Made by a program: the position numbers and the translations under genes
Notes under the pieces: generated by a model
Told to the model about the DNA's origin: nothing
Databases searched by the model: none
What the model saw: only the letters and a program-made list of their open reading frames with translations
Source: a virus
DNA: 64,000 bases
IMG/VR virus record: IMGVR_UViG_3300022747_000001
Coordinates: 1-64,000 of that record
Direction: 5' to 3' (one strand)
Shown: piece after piece, positions 40,566 to 50,128 of the stretch
Numbering within the stretch: the stretch's first letter is position 1
Layout of the letters: the number at the start of each line of letters is the position of its first letter

Positions 40566-43500
40566 TCAGGACAAAACATCGGCAACTTGTTTGAACACTG
40601 CGTCCAGAACCTCTTGCTTGTCGGGGTCAAAGCCGATTTGCTGCGCGTTCAGTCCGCAAACGATGGTGGCGTCCAGCACGGGGTCATAGAAGGTCTTGCC
40701 CACCATTTCACCCGCCCCACCCTTCAGCCCTGGCACGAAGCGCTTGATCGTTGCCGACCCAAGTGCCACGATCACCGCAGGCTTGATGAGTTCCAGCTCC
40801 TTGTTCAACCACTGTGAGCAGCCGTTGATCTGCCCGTTGGTCAGGAACTTTTCAGACTTCTTGGCCTTCACCAGCGTGGTGTAGTAGCCCTCCGCCACGT
40901 TCAGCCCTGCATTCTTGATGGACAGCTTCACGTACTGAGCGGCATCGCCCTCGAGCAGCTTGTCCTTCTTTTCCTCCTGCCAGGTCGGGCAGTCCGACAC
41001 CACCATGAACTTCACGGTGGACTTGGCACGGGGCGCGGGGTGCGGTGCGTCTTTCAGGTCACAGCCATCGCAGCGCTTGAAGTCTTGAATCAGGTGAATT
41101 ACCTTGGCACGCAAGAATGATTCGCCCAGATCGGTCGTGCGATCCGCCTTCACGTTGTCGATGATGAGGCCAGGCATCAGCTCCATCTGATCTTTGCGGC
41201 GACTGAAGTGCTTGGCGGGCAGCTCTTTGGCGTCCAGCTTGGCGTAGGCACCCACCAGCCGCAACCGCTCGACCACGGTGGCATTGACCTTGGAGCCTGG
41301 TTCAGCGGCAGCCAGCGCGAACTCTTGCGGCGAACTGAAGACGCCCTTGACCGGCGTGGTGTCGTCTTTTTCCCACACCTCTTCGGTGGAGCCGTCACGC
41401 TTTTTCTTGATCTTGGCCACCTTCCAGTCTTGGTTGCGCTCACGCAGCTCCACGATACGCTTGGCGGTGTTCTCACTGACCCCTTTGATGGACGAGAACG
41501 GCGCCAGAATTGTCTTGTCGTCAGGGATGGTGTAGCGGTAGCTGGACAGGTTGATGTCGGGAGGACTCACCTCGATGCCGCACTCACGCGCATCCTTGAC
41601 CAGCCCTGGCAGCTTTTCTTCGTCCACGATCGACATGCAGGCGGCGAAGTATTCAGCGGGGTAGTTCACCCGCAACCACATCGTCCAGTAGCTGATGATG
41701 GAATACTCGACCGCGTGGGAGCGGTTAAAACCGTAGCCTGCGAACGCTTCGATCTTGTCGAACAGTCCACCAGCGGTGCGCTCGTCCATGCCGACGTTCT
41801 TCTTGCAGCCCTGGTTCCACTGCTCACGCATTTCGGCCATCTTGTCTTTGTCTTTCTTGCCCATCGCTTTGCGCAAGTGGTCAGCTTCCGCACGCGTGAA
41901 GCCCGCCAGATCGACCGCCACCTGCATCACCTGCTCCTGATAGACGATGACGCCGAAGGTGGCCTTGAGCGCGTTCTCCATCGACGGATGGTCGTAGTAC
42001 GGCTCACGAATGCCCTTCTTGATCGCGACGTAATCATCCATCAGACCCGAGTCCATCGGGCCTGGACGGTACAGCGCGGTCGCGGCGGTAATGTCTTCAA
42101 AGGTCAGCGTGCCCCCTGTGGCCAGGTCGCGCAGCAGCTTTTTCATGCCAGGCGATTCGAACTGAAACACGCCCGTGGTGTCGCCTCGACCGAACGCTTC
42201 CATCACGTCGGGTTGCTCAAGGGGCAGCGCCAGGTAGTCCACCGTGATGCCATGACGGTCTTTGATGAACGACTTGGCAATCTCCATCACGTCGAGTGTG
42301 GACAGACCCAAAATATCCATCTTGACCAAGCCCCAGTCTTCGACCGTGCGCTTGTCCCAGTTCACCACCGGCGCGTCTGCACGCGTCTCCACCACGGCTC
42401 GATTGACCAGCGGCTCACCGGCCACCACCACACCAGCGGCGTGACGACCGTAGGCACGCATCGCACCCTCCAGATTCAAGGCGTGTGCCCAAATCTCCGG
42501 TTGGTCGTCGCGGAACTTGTCGATCTCCGGCACCGCTTTCGCGGCGTCGGTCAGCGTGAACGATTGACCGTGCTCTTTGGGGACGAGTTTTGTCGCGGTC
42601 AGCTCGATGCCATTCAGACCGTACATGCGACCAGCGTCACGCAGTGCGGAGGCACTCGCTAACGTCGAATAGTTGCTGATGCCTGCCACGCGGTCTTTAC
42701 CGTACTTGGCTGTCAGGTACTCGATGACCATGTGTCGCTTGGACGACATGAAGTCCAAGTCGGCGTCTGGCAAGTCAAGACGTTCGGGGTTGATGAAGCG
42801 CTCGAAAAGCAGGTTGAATCGAATCGGGTCAACGTCAGTGATGCCAATCAGGTACGCCACCAGCGAACCACCGACCGAACCGCGTCCTGGCCCCACGATG
42901 ATGCCGTTCTCTTTGGCCCAGACCACGAGGTCTTCCACCAGCAAGAAGTAGCCGGCAAACCCCATCTTCTTCAAGACCGACAGCTCATACGCCAGGCGCT
43001 CCTGATACACCTTCATTTCGGTGTTGTCTGGCTTGTGGCCCAGCACCTCGGTGCCAAACCGACGCTTCCAGCCCTCGATGCACTTTTTGCCCAGCGCCAC
43101 GAACTCGTTGGGGGCCATCAGAGGCAGTGAGACGGGTTGCTTGTCGAACTTGTACGCACACCGTGCCACCAGATGCTCAATGTTCTCCAGCCCTTCTTTC
43201 CAGCGCTGCGCGGTCTTGATACCGTCCAGCTCTGCAATGCGCTTGGAGCTGGCTACCGCACGCTTGGCCAAGTCGTTGGGTTCCTGGATGTAGAAGTCCT
43301 TGACGTACTGCACCGAGCGATACCGAACATCCATCTTGGTGTTGGTCACAATGCACTTGAGCACCTCCAACGATTCAGCGGCTTGCGCGTTGCGGTAAAA
43401 GGTGGGATAGGTGACGAGTGAAGGCATACCTGACACGTATGCGAACTCAGCGGCCATCGCATTGAGGCGATCAAACAGCGGCGTGTTGATGGGCACCAGC

Positions 43501-44018
43501 TCCGAATAGAGGGCGTCTTTGCCGAACTTGGCTTGCAGCTCGTTGATGATCGCGCCACAGTCAGGCATGTGGTACAGACTGAACAGATCGCCAGTGGAGA
43601 ACACAACGCCCTCCAGCTCCATGATCTCGTTCATGCCGACTCGGGCGTGGTAGTAGAAGAATTCCTCGCTGAACGCTTTGGACAGCAGCTTCATGAGGCT
43701 GTGAATGCCACGCTCATCGACCACGTAGGCTTTGAGCATGAACATGGGGTTGGGTTTTTCTTTCTCGCCGGACGCTTTGGGCGGTTTGCGGTAGGTCGGG
43801 TCTGCCACCACACGGATGCGACAACCGATCACCGGCTTGATGCCCGCCTTCTTGCAGCGGTTACTGAAGTCCACCAGACCGTTCAGCGACATCGTGTCCA
43901 TCAGCGTGACGGACTCGTAGCCCTTTTCTTTCGCATCTGCCACCAGATGTTCGATCTGGAGCATCGACTCGCCCAGACTGAAGTCAGAGCGCGAGCCAAG
44001 CATGTGATTTAAATTCAT
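40566..44018 (-). CDS. dnaE: DNA polymerase III alpha subunit (DnaE) with C-terminal family-4-UDG-like domain, 1150 aa
   Basis: N-terminal PHP domain. Pol III alpha core (GRGSVGGSLVAYLIGITDVDP, YRPGPMD, FNRSHAVEYS). The C-terminal 168 aa begin at CDGCDL and have the UDG-family-4 layout. Confidence 0.95.
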   Translation of the reverse strand: MNLNHMLGSRSDFSLGESMLQIEHLVADAKEKGYESVTLMDTMSLNGLVDFSNRCKKAGIKPVIGCRIRVVADPTYRKPPKASGEKEKPNPMFMLKAYVVDERGIHSLMKLLSKAFSEEFFYYHARVGMNEIMELEGVVFSTGDLFSLYHMPDCGAIINELQAKFGKDALYSELVPINTPLFDRLNAMAAEFAYVSGMPSLVTYPTFYRNAQAAESLEVLKCIVTNTKMDVRYRSVQYVKDFYIQEPNDLAKRAVASSKRIAELDGIKTAQRWKEGLENIEHLVARCAYKFDKQPVSLPLMAPNEFVALGKKCIEGWKRRFGTEVLGHKPDNTEMKVYQERLAYELSVLKKMGFAGYFLLVEDLVVWAKENGIIVGPGRGSVGGSLVAYLIGITDVDPIRFNLLFERFINPERLDLPDADLDFMSSKRHMVIEYLTAKYGKDRVAGISNYSTLASASALRDAGRMYGLNGIELTATKLVPKEHGQSFTLTDAAKAVPEIDKFRDDQPEIWAHALNLEGAMRAYGRHAAGVVVAGEPLVNRAVVETRADAPVVNWDKRTVEDWGLVKMDILGLSTLDVMEIAKSFIKDRHGITVDYLALPLEQPDVMEAFGRGDTTGVFQFESPGMKKLLRDLATGGTLTFEDITAATALYRPGPMDSGLMDDYVAIKKGIREPYYDHPSMENALKATFGVIVYQEQVMQVAVDLAGFTRAEADHLRKAMGKKDKDKMAEMREQWNQGCKKNVGMDERTAGGLFDKIEAFAGYGFNRSHAVEYSIISYWTMWLRVNYPAEYFAACMSIVDEEKLPGLVKDARECGIEVSPPDINLSSYRYTIPDDKTILAPFSSIKGVSENTAKRIVELRERNQDWKVAKIKKKRDGSTEEVWEKDDTTPVKGVFSSPQEFALAAAEPGSKVNATVVERLRLVGAYAKLDAKELPAKHFSRRKDQMELMPGLIIDNVKADRTTDLGESFLRAKVIHLIQDFKRCDGCDLKDAPHPAPRAKSTVKFMVVSDCPTWQEEKKDKLLEGDAAQYVKLSIKNAGLNVAEGYYTTLVKAKKSEKFLTNGQINGCSQWLNKELELIKPAVIVALGSATIKRFVPGLKGGAGEMVGKTFYDPVLDATIVCGLNAQQIGFDPDKQEVLDAVFKQVADVLS

Positions 44019-44284
44019 TTAATCTCCTGTTCTACAAACTTTTCCCACAATATCACCCACTGGATTTGGTTGTTCCGAGTGATGCTCGTCACATACGGAA
44101 TGTTGAGCGACGAGAGGACTCCACTGCTGTTGGCGATCGAGCTGTGACGATCCACAACGGTGTGCGACTCGGTTTCCATCGTCGTCACCGCCTTGAAGTC
44201 ACGCAACCGAAACCCTGGGGCCGGTGCAATGAGATCGCCTGGCAGTGTCGCGCCCCAGCATGTTGTTGTCTTGTACTCATACAT
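44015..44284 (-). CDS. hypothetical protein, 89 aa
   Basis: Trimmed to MYEYKTT. Overlaps on both sides. Confidence 0.4.
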   Translation of the reverse strand: MYEYKTTTCWGATLPGDLIAPAPGFRLRDFKAVTTMETESHTVVDRHSSIANSSGVLSSLNIPYVTSITRNNQIQWVILWEKFVEQEIK

Positions 44285-44984
44285 TGTCACCACCGATCGC
44301 AGGAGTTGCAACGAACCCCTCTGAAGTCTCCTGTGCGATACCGAAGGCAACCAGCACCGGCAGGGCAATCCCCACATGCGCACTGGCGGTGCTCTTGTCC
44401 CACGGTGTCTTGGCACCCAGTCGCGACATGAACGCCTTCGTCAGAGACTGCTTTGTGACCGTGCCTTTGAGCAGTTCGTCACACACGACACCACAGTGAG
44501 AAAGGCGAGCTTCTGACGCGAACGGGTTGCGTCCCTCAAGCATGTCTTCGCGAATCTTTGCGATCAGTCCGCGCTTGCACCACGTCACCGCCAGCTCCTG
44601 AGACTTCTTGTTCAAGGTGCCGATGATGGCTTGGTCAGCTTCGGATACCTCGTGAACGGCCGGCTCCGCACGCACTTTGCGCTCAACCTGCGCGTCCGGC
44701 TTTTTCACCGAAGGCATGAACTTCATGAAGTTCGCTGCGGGCTTTTCGCTCGGTGCGGCAGACTCGATGGTGGCGGCGCGGGCGTTCTTGTGGCGAGCCA
44801 GCAGGTACTCCACATTGATCTGGTCGCGCAATTCGTTCAGCGTCTTGATACAAGCCTGCGCACACCCATCAAAAGTCGGACAGCTTCGGCAGATGTCCGA
44901 GTCCTGGCTATACACACTGGGCGATGCGTAGCAGCCTGGCGCCTCACGCGGCGTGTCGATGAATGTGGCAGTGTTCATAATCAA
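44277..44984 (-). CDS. hypothetical protein, 235 aa, N-terminal Cys cluster
   Basis: CYASPSVYSQDSDICRSCPTFDGCAQAC. Translationally coupled to the sigma factor gene. Confidence 0.6.
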   Translation of the reverse strand: MIMNTATFIDTPREAPGCYASPSVYSQDSDICRSCPTFDGCAQACIKTLNELRDQINVEYLLARHKNARAATIESAAPSEKPAANFMKFMPSVKKPDAQVERKVRAEPAVHEVSEADQAIIGTLNKKSQELAVTWCKRGLIAKIREDMLEGRNPFASEARLSHCGVVCDELLKGTVTKQSLTKAFMSRLGAKTPWDKSTASAHVGIALPVLVAFGIAQETSEGFVATPAIGGDNV

Positions 44985-45637
44985 ACTCCGATGTATTGCT
45001 TGGCGTCGGCATAACGCAGACGCTCGATTTCTTTCAAGGCACGATCCACCTCGGGCTGCTTCACATCGGAGATCATCTGAATGAAATTGGCGATGTAGCG
45101 TGGCGAGACGTTGACCATGCAGCGACTGTTGTAGCCAAGTGAGCGACCGAAACGGGCGTTCGCTTCAGCTTTCCTGATTTCGGTCATCACTTGGCGTGGC
45201 GGTTGCAGCACCCAAGCCAGAATCAGCGAGGCCAGCGGCGTGAGGTTTTCATTGATGTGATTCAGGAACTCGGTGACGCGGTATTGCGCCTCTGGGGTGG
45301 TGTGATCCACCATCAGCACGTCTTCCAGCGAGTTCTCGCCATCGTCCGTGTGATTCAGTTCCTGAATGCTCACCACGCCATGCTCGAGGCGCTCCTCGAT
45401 CATCTTCTGCGCCCAAGTGTTCAGCTTGTTGTAGGCCGCCATGAAGTAGTACGTGCTGAATTTGAAGCCTTTGGTGGCGTCAAACCCCTTGTACGCCTTC
45501 AGGAACACGACCGACATTTCCTGGAAAACGTCGTCGTATTCCACACCGACCCCCGCCTTGACAAGACGAAGGTGGCCCTTCCTCGACACTGCGTGAACAA
45601 GACCCACGTTGGCCTTGTAGTAGTCGGCTGCGCTCAT
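44981..45637 (-). CDS. phage sigma-70-family factor, 218 aa
   Basis: Region 2-like DDVFQEMSVVFLKAYKGFDATKGFKFSTYYFMAAYNKLNTW. C-terminal HTH-like region. Confidence 0.7.
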   Translation of the reverse strand: MSAADYYKANVGLVHAVSRKGHLRLVKAGVGVEYDDVFQEMSVVFLKAYKGFDATKGFKFSTYYFMAAYNKLNTWAQKMIEERLEHGVVSIQELNHTDDGENSLEDVLMVDHTTPEAQYRVTEFLNHINENLTPLASLILAWVLQPPRQVMTEIRKAEANARFGRSLGYNSRCMVNVSPRYIANFIQMISDVKQPEVDRALKEIERLRYADAKQYIGV

Positions 45638-45639
45638 GC

Positions 45640-46839
45640 TTACGAACCGAAGATGCGTTGAGCCAAACCGTCCACCACTTCGCGGTCGATCTTGGACAGC
45701 TTGTTGATGAACGACAGCGTGATGCCTTGACGGAACGAGCCGCGCATCACACCAATCTTGGCCGAGTAGATCAGCGTGCGTGGCGAGATCACATCACTGA
45801 TCTTGGCGCCGTCATACGCATCACGCACCAGCGTGGCGAACTCGACCAGCTTGTCGGCGTCCTCTTTGGTCAGACCCACTTGGTTCTGAAGAATTTGGCT
45901 CTCGGCGGGCTTCTTCATGTACTTCTTGTGGATGACCATGCCGAAGCGGTCGTAGTTGGCAGAGTTCTGCAAGTTGGTGCCCTGATACAGACCCGTCTCG
46001 TCACCGCTGCCGTTGGTGTTGCCCGTTGCGCAGAAGCGGAAATTCGCGTGCGGCTTGATGATGCGGTTCGCTGCGTCAGCCTCTTTAATCATCAGTGACT
46101 TACCTTCGAGGACAGCCTGATAGACCGAGAGCACAGAAGGCAGCGCGAAGTCGTATTCGTCAGCCACGTACATCCAGCCGTTTTGCATGGCCAGCGGCAA
46201 CGGGCCAAGCTCGAACACCGTCTCACCACCCTTGACCGTCCACTGACCGACGATGTGGCTCTCTTCGGTGTTCACCGTGTGCTGGACACGAATCATCGGA
46301 CGGTTGGTACGGGCGGCGATCTGCTCGAACAGTTCGGTCTTACCGGCACCCTTGTGGCCCCAGACGTAGCATGGGTAGCGCAGCTCGAGGGCGAGGATGA
46401 CGTTCTTCAACTCGTCGATGTCATAGACGTAGTTGTCCGAGACGGTTGGCACGAAATCACCGAAGTCGGTGTTGGCCAGCACGGTGATTGGGATGGGGTC
46501 GCCCTTCGCGTTCATGGCCGACTTGACCTTGCCCAAGTTGAACACCTCATTGAGCGCCTTCTTCAAGATGCCGCCCTTTGGCACGAGTGCGCTCACATTG
46601 GCGGCGACGTTCTCGGTGCCGGCCATTGCCACCTTGGTGGTGTCATCGGCAGCGGGGGCAGCTTTGGCAGCGTTGCGCTCGGCGATTTTCTTTTGAGCCA
46701 GCTCCGAGAGCAGTGGCGCATCGGGGAAGCGCTCCTTGTACTGCTCGATCGTGACCTCTGGATGATCCTTTTGCAAGTGCAGCTGGATGGCGTGTGCTTG
46801 CGCACCGCAAATGGAACAAGTGATTTTTCCGTCTGACAT
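45640..46839 (-). CDS. MoxR/CobS-like AAA+ ATPase, 399 aa
   Basis: N-terminal Zn-like CSICGAQAHAIQLHLQKDH. Walker A GHKGAGKTE. Walker B YVADEYD. Confidence 0.8.
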   Translation of the reverse strand: MSDGKITCSICGAQAHAIQLHLQKDHPEVTIEQYKERFPDAPLLSELAQKKIAERNAAKAAPAADDTTKVAMAGTENVAANVSALVPKGGILKKALNEVFNLGKVKSAMNAKGDPIPITVLANTDFGDFVPTVSDNYVYDIDELKNVILALELRYPCYVWGHKGAGKTELFEQIAARTNRPMIRVQHTVNTEESHIVGQWTVKGGETVFELGPLPLAMQNGWMYVADEYDFALPSVLSVYQAVLEGKSLMIKEADAANRIIKPHANFRFCATGNTNGSGDETGLYQGTNLQNSANYDRFGMVIHKKYMKKPAESQILQNQVGLTKEDADKLVEFATLVRDAYDGAKISDVISPRTLIYSAKIGVMRGSFRQGITLSFINKLSKIDREVVDGLAQRIFGS

Positions 46840-46927
46840 TGAGACACTCCTTTATTCGTTGATATTCAACGGGTTGCTAAAAAATTTCGACATTCAAATG
46901 ATAACCAGCAATCGCAGGGCTAACAAG

Positions 46928-46941
46928 TCATTGATGACTTA
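46928..46941 (-). promoter_or_regulatory. operator-like motif copy
   Basis: Plus tcattgatgactta, between the vWA and AAA+ genes. Confidence 0.45.
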
Positions 46942-46960
46942 ACCCTGTGATCTGTCCTGC

Positions 46961-49054
46961 TTACGGGTTCATCAGCAGGTGGCGCAGCTCCTTGATGACT
47001 GCGGCGGGCAGCTCCTCAACCGAGTGCAGCACGATGTTCTTGGGGTAGAAGGACTTCACCGCATCGGACTCGATGCCAATGCCGACCACTTTGACGCCGG
47101 CAGCCGACACGTTGCGCACCACCTCCTTCAGATGACGCTCCAGATCGCCACGCGAACCGGCAGCAGCCGGATAGCCGTCACTGAGCACGATCAGAATCTT
47201 GGACTCCTCGCGACGTGCCATGAGGCGACGCGCAGCGTTCTCCACCGACTCACCATCCACGTTGGAGCGCAAGATGTTGGTGTGCGGCAGCCAACCGAAG
47301 CGCTCCTTGACATTGGCGGTCAACCGCTCGTCGTAGCCCTTCAGGATGGGCATGTAGATGCCTTCGGCGCGTGAGAAGCGAATGCCGGTCTTGGACTGCT
47401 GCTCGTACATCTCCTTTTGCGCTCCGCCGATGTCCTTCGTCGTAAAGCCGATCACCTCATTCTTGATGTTCAGCCGCTCCAGCACGGATGACAGCGCATA
47501 CGCTGCCTGGCACGCGGTGTGAATCTTGGAGCCGCCCATTGAGCCGGAGCAGTCCACCACCAGCTCGATCGCCACGTCCTTGCTGGTCGATTCGTGCTTG
47601 CGGGAGAAGACACGCGCATCACCGACCGCCAGTCGAGACAGGTTGGCCGCGTGCAGTCGGCCGGACTTGTGCCCGTGTGAGCGCGTTGCCAGCGATCGGG
47701 CGCTGATGGCGCGTTCAAGGTCTTTCTGAAGCGGCGCGACCATGTGGTCAACCTTGTCGGCCATGCTCTTGGTCATGCGGGCTTCATAGCCAGTGCCGAT
47801 CGGCAGCTTCTCCACCACGTCATAGTCTTTACTGAAAGGCAGGTAGGTGGCGTTGGTGGCCGATGCCAGACTCTGCTCGGAGATGACGCGCGACATGGCT
47901 TCATCAAACGCGTTGGTGCCATCCTTGTCCATCGCCTCCCAGATCGGTGCGGAGCTTTCCAGATCGGACTCCTCGTCACCCGCATCGGCATCGGTGGGGT
48001 CAGCGCCCTCGCCGATCTCGCCATCGTCATCGCTTTCTTGCGGTGCGGCCTCGATCGTGTCTTCGCCGTCAGCAGGTTCCTCTTCGGGTGCGGGGTCAGG
48101 GTCAGACGGGGTGGGTTCCTCCTCGTCTTTTTCGTCGTCGTCTTTTTCCTCCTCAGAGGGGGCTTTTTCTTCTTCTTTTTCCTCCTCCTTCTCAGGCTTG
48201 CTGGGCTTGCCGGCTGACGGGGCGGGCTTTTCTTCCTCCTCCTCGTCGTCCTTTTCTTCCTCTTTGGACTTGCTCTTGCCGGCACCTGACGCCTTTTCCG
48301 CCTTGCTTGGTGCGCTGCTCTTGCTGGCTTTGCCAGCGCCCTTACCTGCCGCACCGCCCGAGCTGGACTTCGGACTCTTCTCGCTACCGCTGCCGCCGCC
48401 CTCGCCGTCTTCGCTCAGACGTTTACCGATCTCTTCGGCCAGCGCCAAGCAGTCTTCGGTGCAGGTGGCCGCTTCGATCTTCGGCTGCAAGTCTTTGATG
48501 CGTTCGTAGATGGGGGCAACGGTCTTCCACTTGTCGTCGGCGTTCATGAACTCTTTGAACACCTGCTGGCCCGACATGGCGCGAATCATCGGCACGATCA
48601 GCGTTTGAATGACGCCTTGCGCATCGCCCGCACGCGCTTTTTCTTCAAGGCGGGGCACCACGAACTTGTCCAGATAGAACTTGCCGGTGTTTGCCAGGTT
48701 GTAGGCTGAACCGCTGAACCGCTTGGCCATCTCCTTCTCGATGCGCGGGTCTTCCAGCGCGTTGAGCATGAAGCCGATCTGACGACCCTGGCGATTGGCT
48801 TTACCCATCAGCGGGAAGTTGGTGAAAAGGATGTGCGCAACCTCGTGGTCAAGAAAGCCTTGAATGGCGTTGATGAGGTCTTCGGTGGCGTTGTCGGGCA
48901 GATACGGCAGATTGACCAGAACCGGCACACCGTTGTGGTCAGCGCGAACGTAGGCTTGAACGCCCTGCTGCGTGACCTTGATACCTTTGCCAGAGAGCAG
49001 TTGGGTGATCTTCACCACTGACTCACGCAAAATAAAGACGCGATCGTTTTTCAC
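46961..49054 (-). CDS. CobT-like vWA-domain protein, 697 aa, GTG start
   Basis: GTG start with RBS TAAGGAGAAAC. Central 150-aa acidic low-complexity block. C-terminal vWA domain with MIDAS VVDCSGSMGG. Confidence 0.8.
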   Translation of the reverse strand: MKNDRVFILRESVVKITQLLSGKGIKVTQQGVQAYVRADHNGVPVLVNLPYLPDNATEDLINAIQGFLDHEVAHILFTNFPLMGKANRQGRQIGFMLNALEDPRIEKEMAKRFSGSAYNLANTGKFYLDKFVVPRLEEKARAGDAQGVIQTLIVPMIRAMSGQQVFKEFMNADDKWKTVAPIYERIKDLQPKIEAATCTEDCLALAEEIGKRLSEDGEGGGSGSEKSPKSSSGGAAGKGAGKASKSSAPSKAEKASGAGKSKSKEEEKDDEEEEEKPAPSAGKPSKPEKEEEKEEEKAPSEEEKDDDEKDEEEPTPSDPDPAPEEEPADGEDTIEAAPQESDDDGEIGEGADPTDADAGDEESDLESSAPIWEAMDKDGTNAFDEAMSRVISEQSLASATNATYLPFSKDYDVVEKLPIGTGYEARMTKSMADKVDHMVAPLQKDLERAISARSLATRSHGHKSGRLHAANLSRLAVGDARVFSRKHESTSKDVAIELVVDCSGSMGGSKIHTACQAAYALSSVLERLNIKNEVIGFTTKDIGGAQKEMYEQQSKTGIRFSRAEGIYMPILKGYDERLTANVKERFGWLPHTNILRSNVDGESVENAARRLMARREESKILIVLSDGYPAAAGSRGDLERHLKEVVRNVSAAGVKVVGIGIESDAVKSFYPKNIVLHSVEELPAAVIKELRHLLMNP

Positions 49055-49070
49055 TAGGTTTCTCCTTATG

Positions 49071-49096
49071 TCACAAATGACTGATAACGTAATGTA
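49071..49096 (-). promoter_or_regulatory. -10 TACATT followed by operator copy
   Basis: Minus strand reads TTGTTC-N17-TACATTACGTTATCAGTCATTTGTGA. Confidence 0.5.
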
Positions 49097-49130
49097 GACG
49101 GTGAACCCAGGAAGAACAACCGTAACCACA

Positions 49131-49161
49131 GGGGAAATAACAGGGCGACCGCAGTCGCCCT
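49131..49161 (-). terminator. terminator after gene 49167-49358
   Basis: Stem agggcgac (49142-49149) / gtcgccct (49154-49161). The minus strand continues GTTATTTCCCC. Confidence 0.55.
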
Positions 49162-49166
49162 AGAGC

Positions 49167-49358
49167 TTACAGAGGAAGGTAGGCCCCTCCTCCTGTCAGG
49201 TCGCTGACCAGCATGAGCAGTCCCATGCTGTCATGGCGGCCCGTGTGAATCAGGGCAGCACCAATGTCGAGCGTCTGTTGTACTTCAAAGTCTTCAAGCA
49301 GGCCTGTCAATTCTTCCTGCGTCGTACGTACTAGGTCTTTTGCTAGCTTGGACAACAT
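49167..49358 (-). CDS. hypothetical protein, 63 aa, divergent from the repressor gene
   Basis: ORF track. It sits in the Cro-like position, but no HTH is recognised. Confidence 0.45.
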   Translation of the reverse strand: MLSKLAKDLVRTTQEELTGLLEDFEVQQTLDIGAALIHTGRHDSMGLLMLVSDLTGGGAYLPL

Positions 49359-49531
49359 TGTCTTCTCTTTCGTGTAGTATATAACTCAGTAACGACATAT
49401 AACGCACCCCCGCGTTTGTTCCTCCTTTCCGAGTGGGAATCCCTGTCTTATTCACTCAGTAGCGACCAAACCCCGCGCTACACTGCAACCAGTAACGCTT
49501 TTTCATTAAAACGACTTTTTTTGGAGCTTTC
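49359..49531. promoter_or_regulatory. divergent promoter/operator region of the immunity switch
   Basis: Leftward -10 TATACT (plus 49376-49381) and rightward -10 TACACT (49479-49484). Operator copies tcagtaacgac (49386-49396) and tcagtagcgac (49456-49466). Confidence 0.55.
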
Positions 49532-49993
49532 ATGCCCACCGCTGGTTCAAAGTCAAAAGCCATCCGAGTCACGGACACCAACAAGCGAATTACGACCGTG
49601 GCAGAGTACGTTAGTCAACAGATTTCACTCGTCGGAAAAGATCAGGTAACGATCGCCAGAGAGGTCGGATTTAACAAACCGAACGTCATTACGATGATTA
49701 AACAGGGCAAAACCAAGGTGCCGCTGGAGCGTATCGGCAGCATGGCCAAAGCCTTGAGCGTGGACCCTGTTTTCTTCTTTAAGCTCTGTATGAACGAGTA
49801 TTTGCCCGACCTGATGCCGGCCATCACCGCGATCACCGGACAGCCGATCATCACGGAGAACGAGATGGAATTCATCACCGTCATCCGATCGTCAAAAGTG
49901 GCCAATCCGAAGCTGCGAACTGTGGAAGAAAAACGACAGTTGAAGCAGTTTGTGGACACCCTGAAGGGCGATAACGAGGCGCGTGAGGACTGA
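49532..49993 (+). CDS. XRE-family HTH repressor (CI-like), 153 aa
   Basis: HTH segment QVTIAREVGFNKPNVITMIKQGKTKVP. RBS GGAG. One of only two plus-strand genes. Confidence 0.7.
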   Translation: MPTAGSKSKAIRVTDTNKRITTVAEYVSQQISLVGKDQVTIAREVGFNKPNVITMIKQGKTKVPLERIGSMAKALSVDPVFFFKLCMNEYLPDLMPAITAITGQPIITENEMEFITVIRSSKVANPKLRTVEEKRQLKQFVDTLKGDNEARED

Positions 49994-50022
49994 TTCAGGT
50001 TCATAAGGAACTTCAGTGCGGT

Positions 50023-50052
50023 GCGCAGGCCACCTGGCTTGCGCGTTGTGTT
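50023..50052 (+). terminator. terminator after the repressor gene
   Basis: Stem gcgcaggc / gcttgcgc (one G-T pair), followed by GTTGTGTTT. Confidence 0.55.
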
Positions 50053-50066
50053 TCGGCGTCAATCAC

Positions 50067-50128
50067 TCAGTAGTGACTTGTCATAACGAATACTATCGGA
50101 GTATTCTTCGCCTGTCACTACTGACTGA
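50067..50128. promoter_or_regulatory. two operator copies flanking the inverted repeat GAATACT-N5-AGTATTC
   Basis: Operators tcagtagtgacttg (50067-50080) and tcactactgactga (50115-50128). The IR arms are 50088-50094 and 50100-50106. Confidence 0.5.

Noticed and set aside
47773-48509. Three overlapping ORFs in alternative frames and strands (47773-48354, 47847-48509, 47947-48498).
   Set aside because: They fall inside the Glu/Lys/Asp-rich low-complexity spacer of the vWA protein. The repetitive GAn/CTn sequence keeps all frames open, and only the frame continuous with the MIDAS domain is credible.
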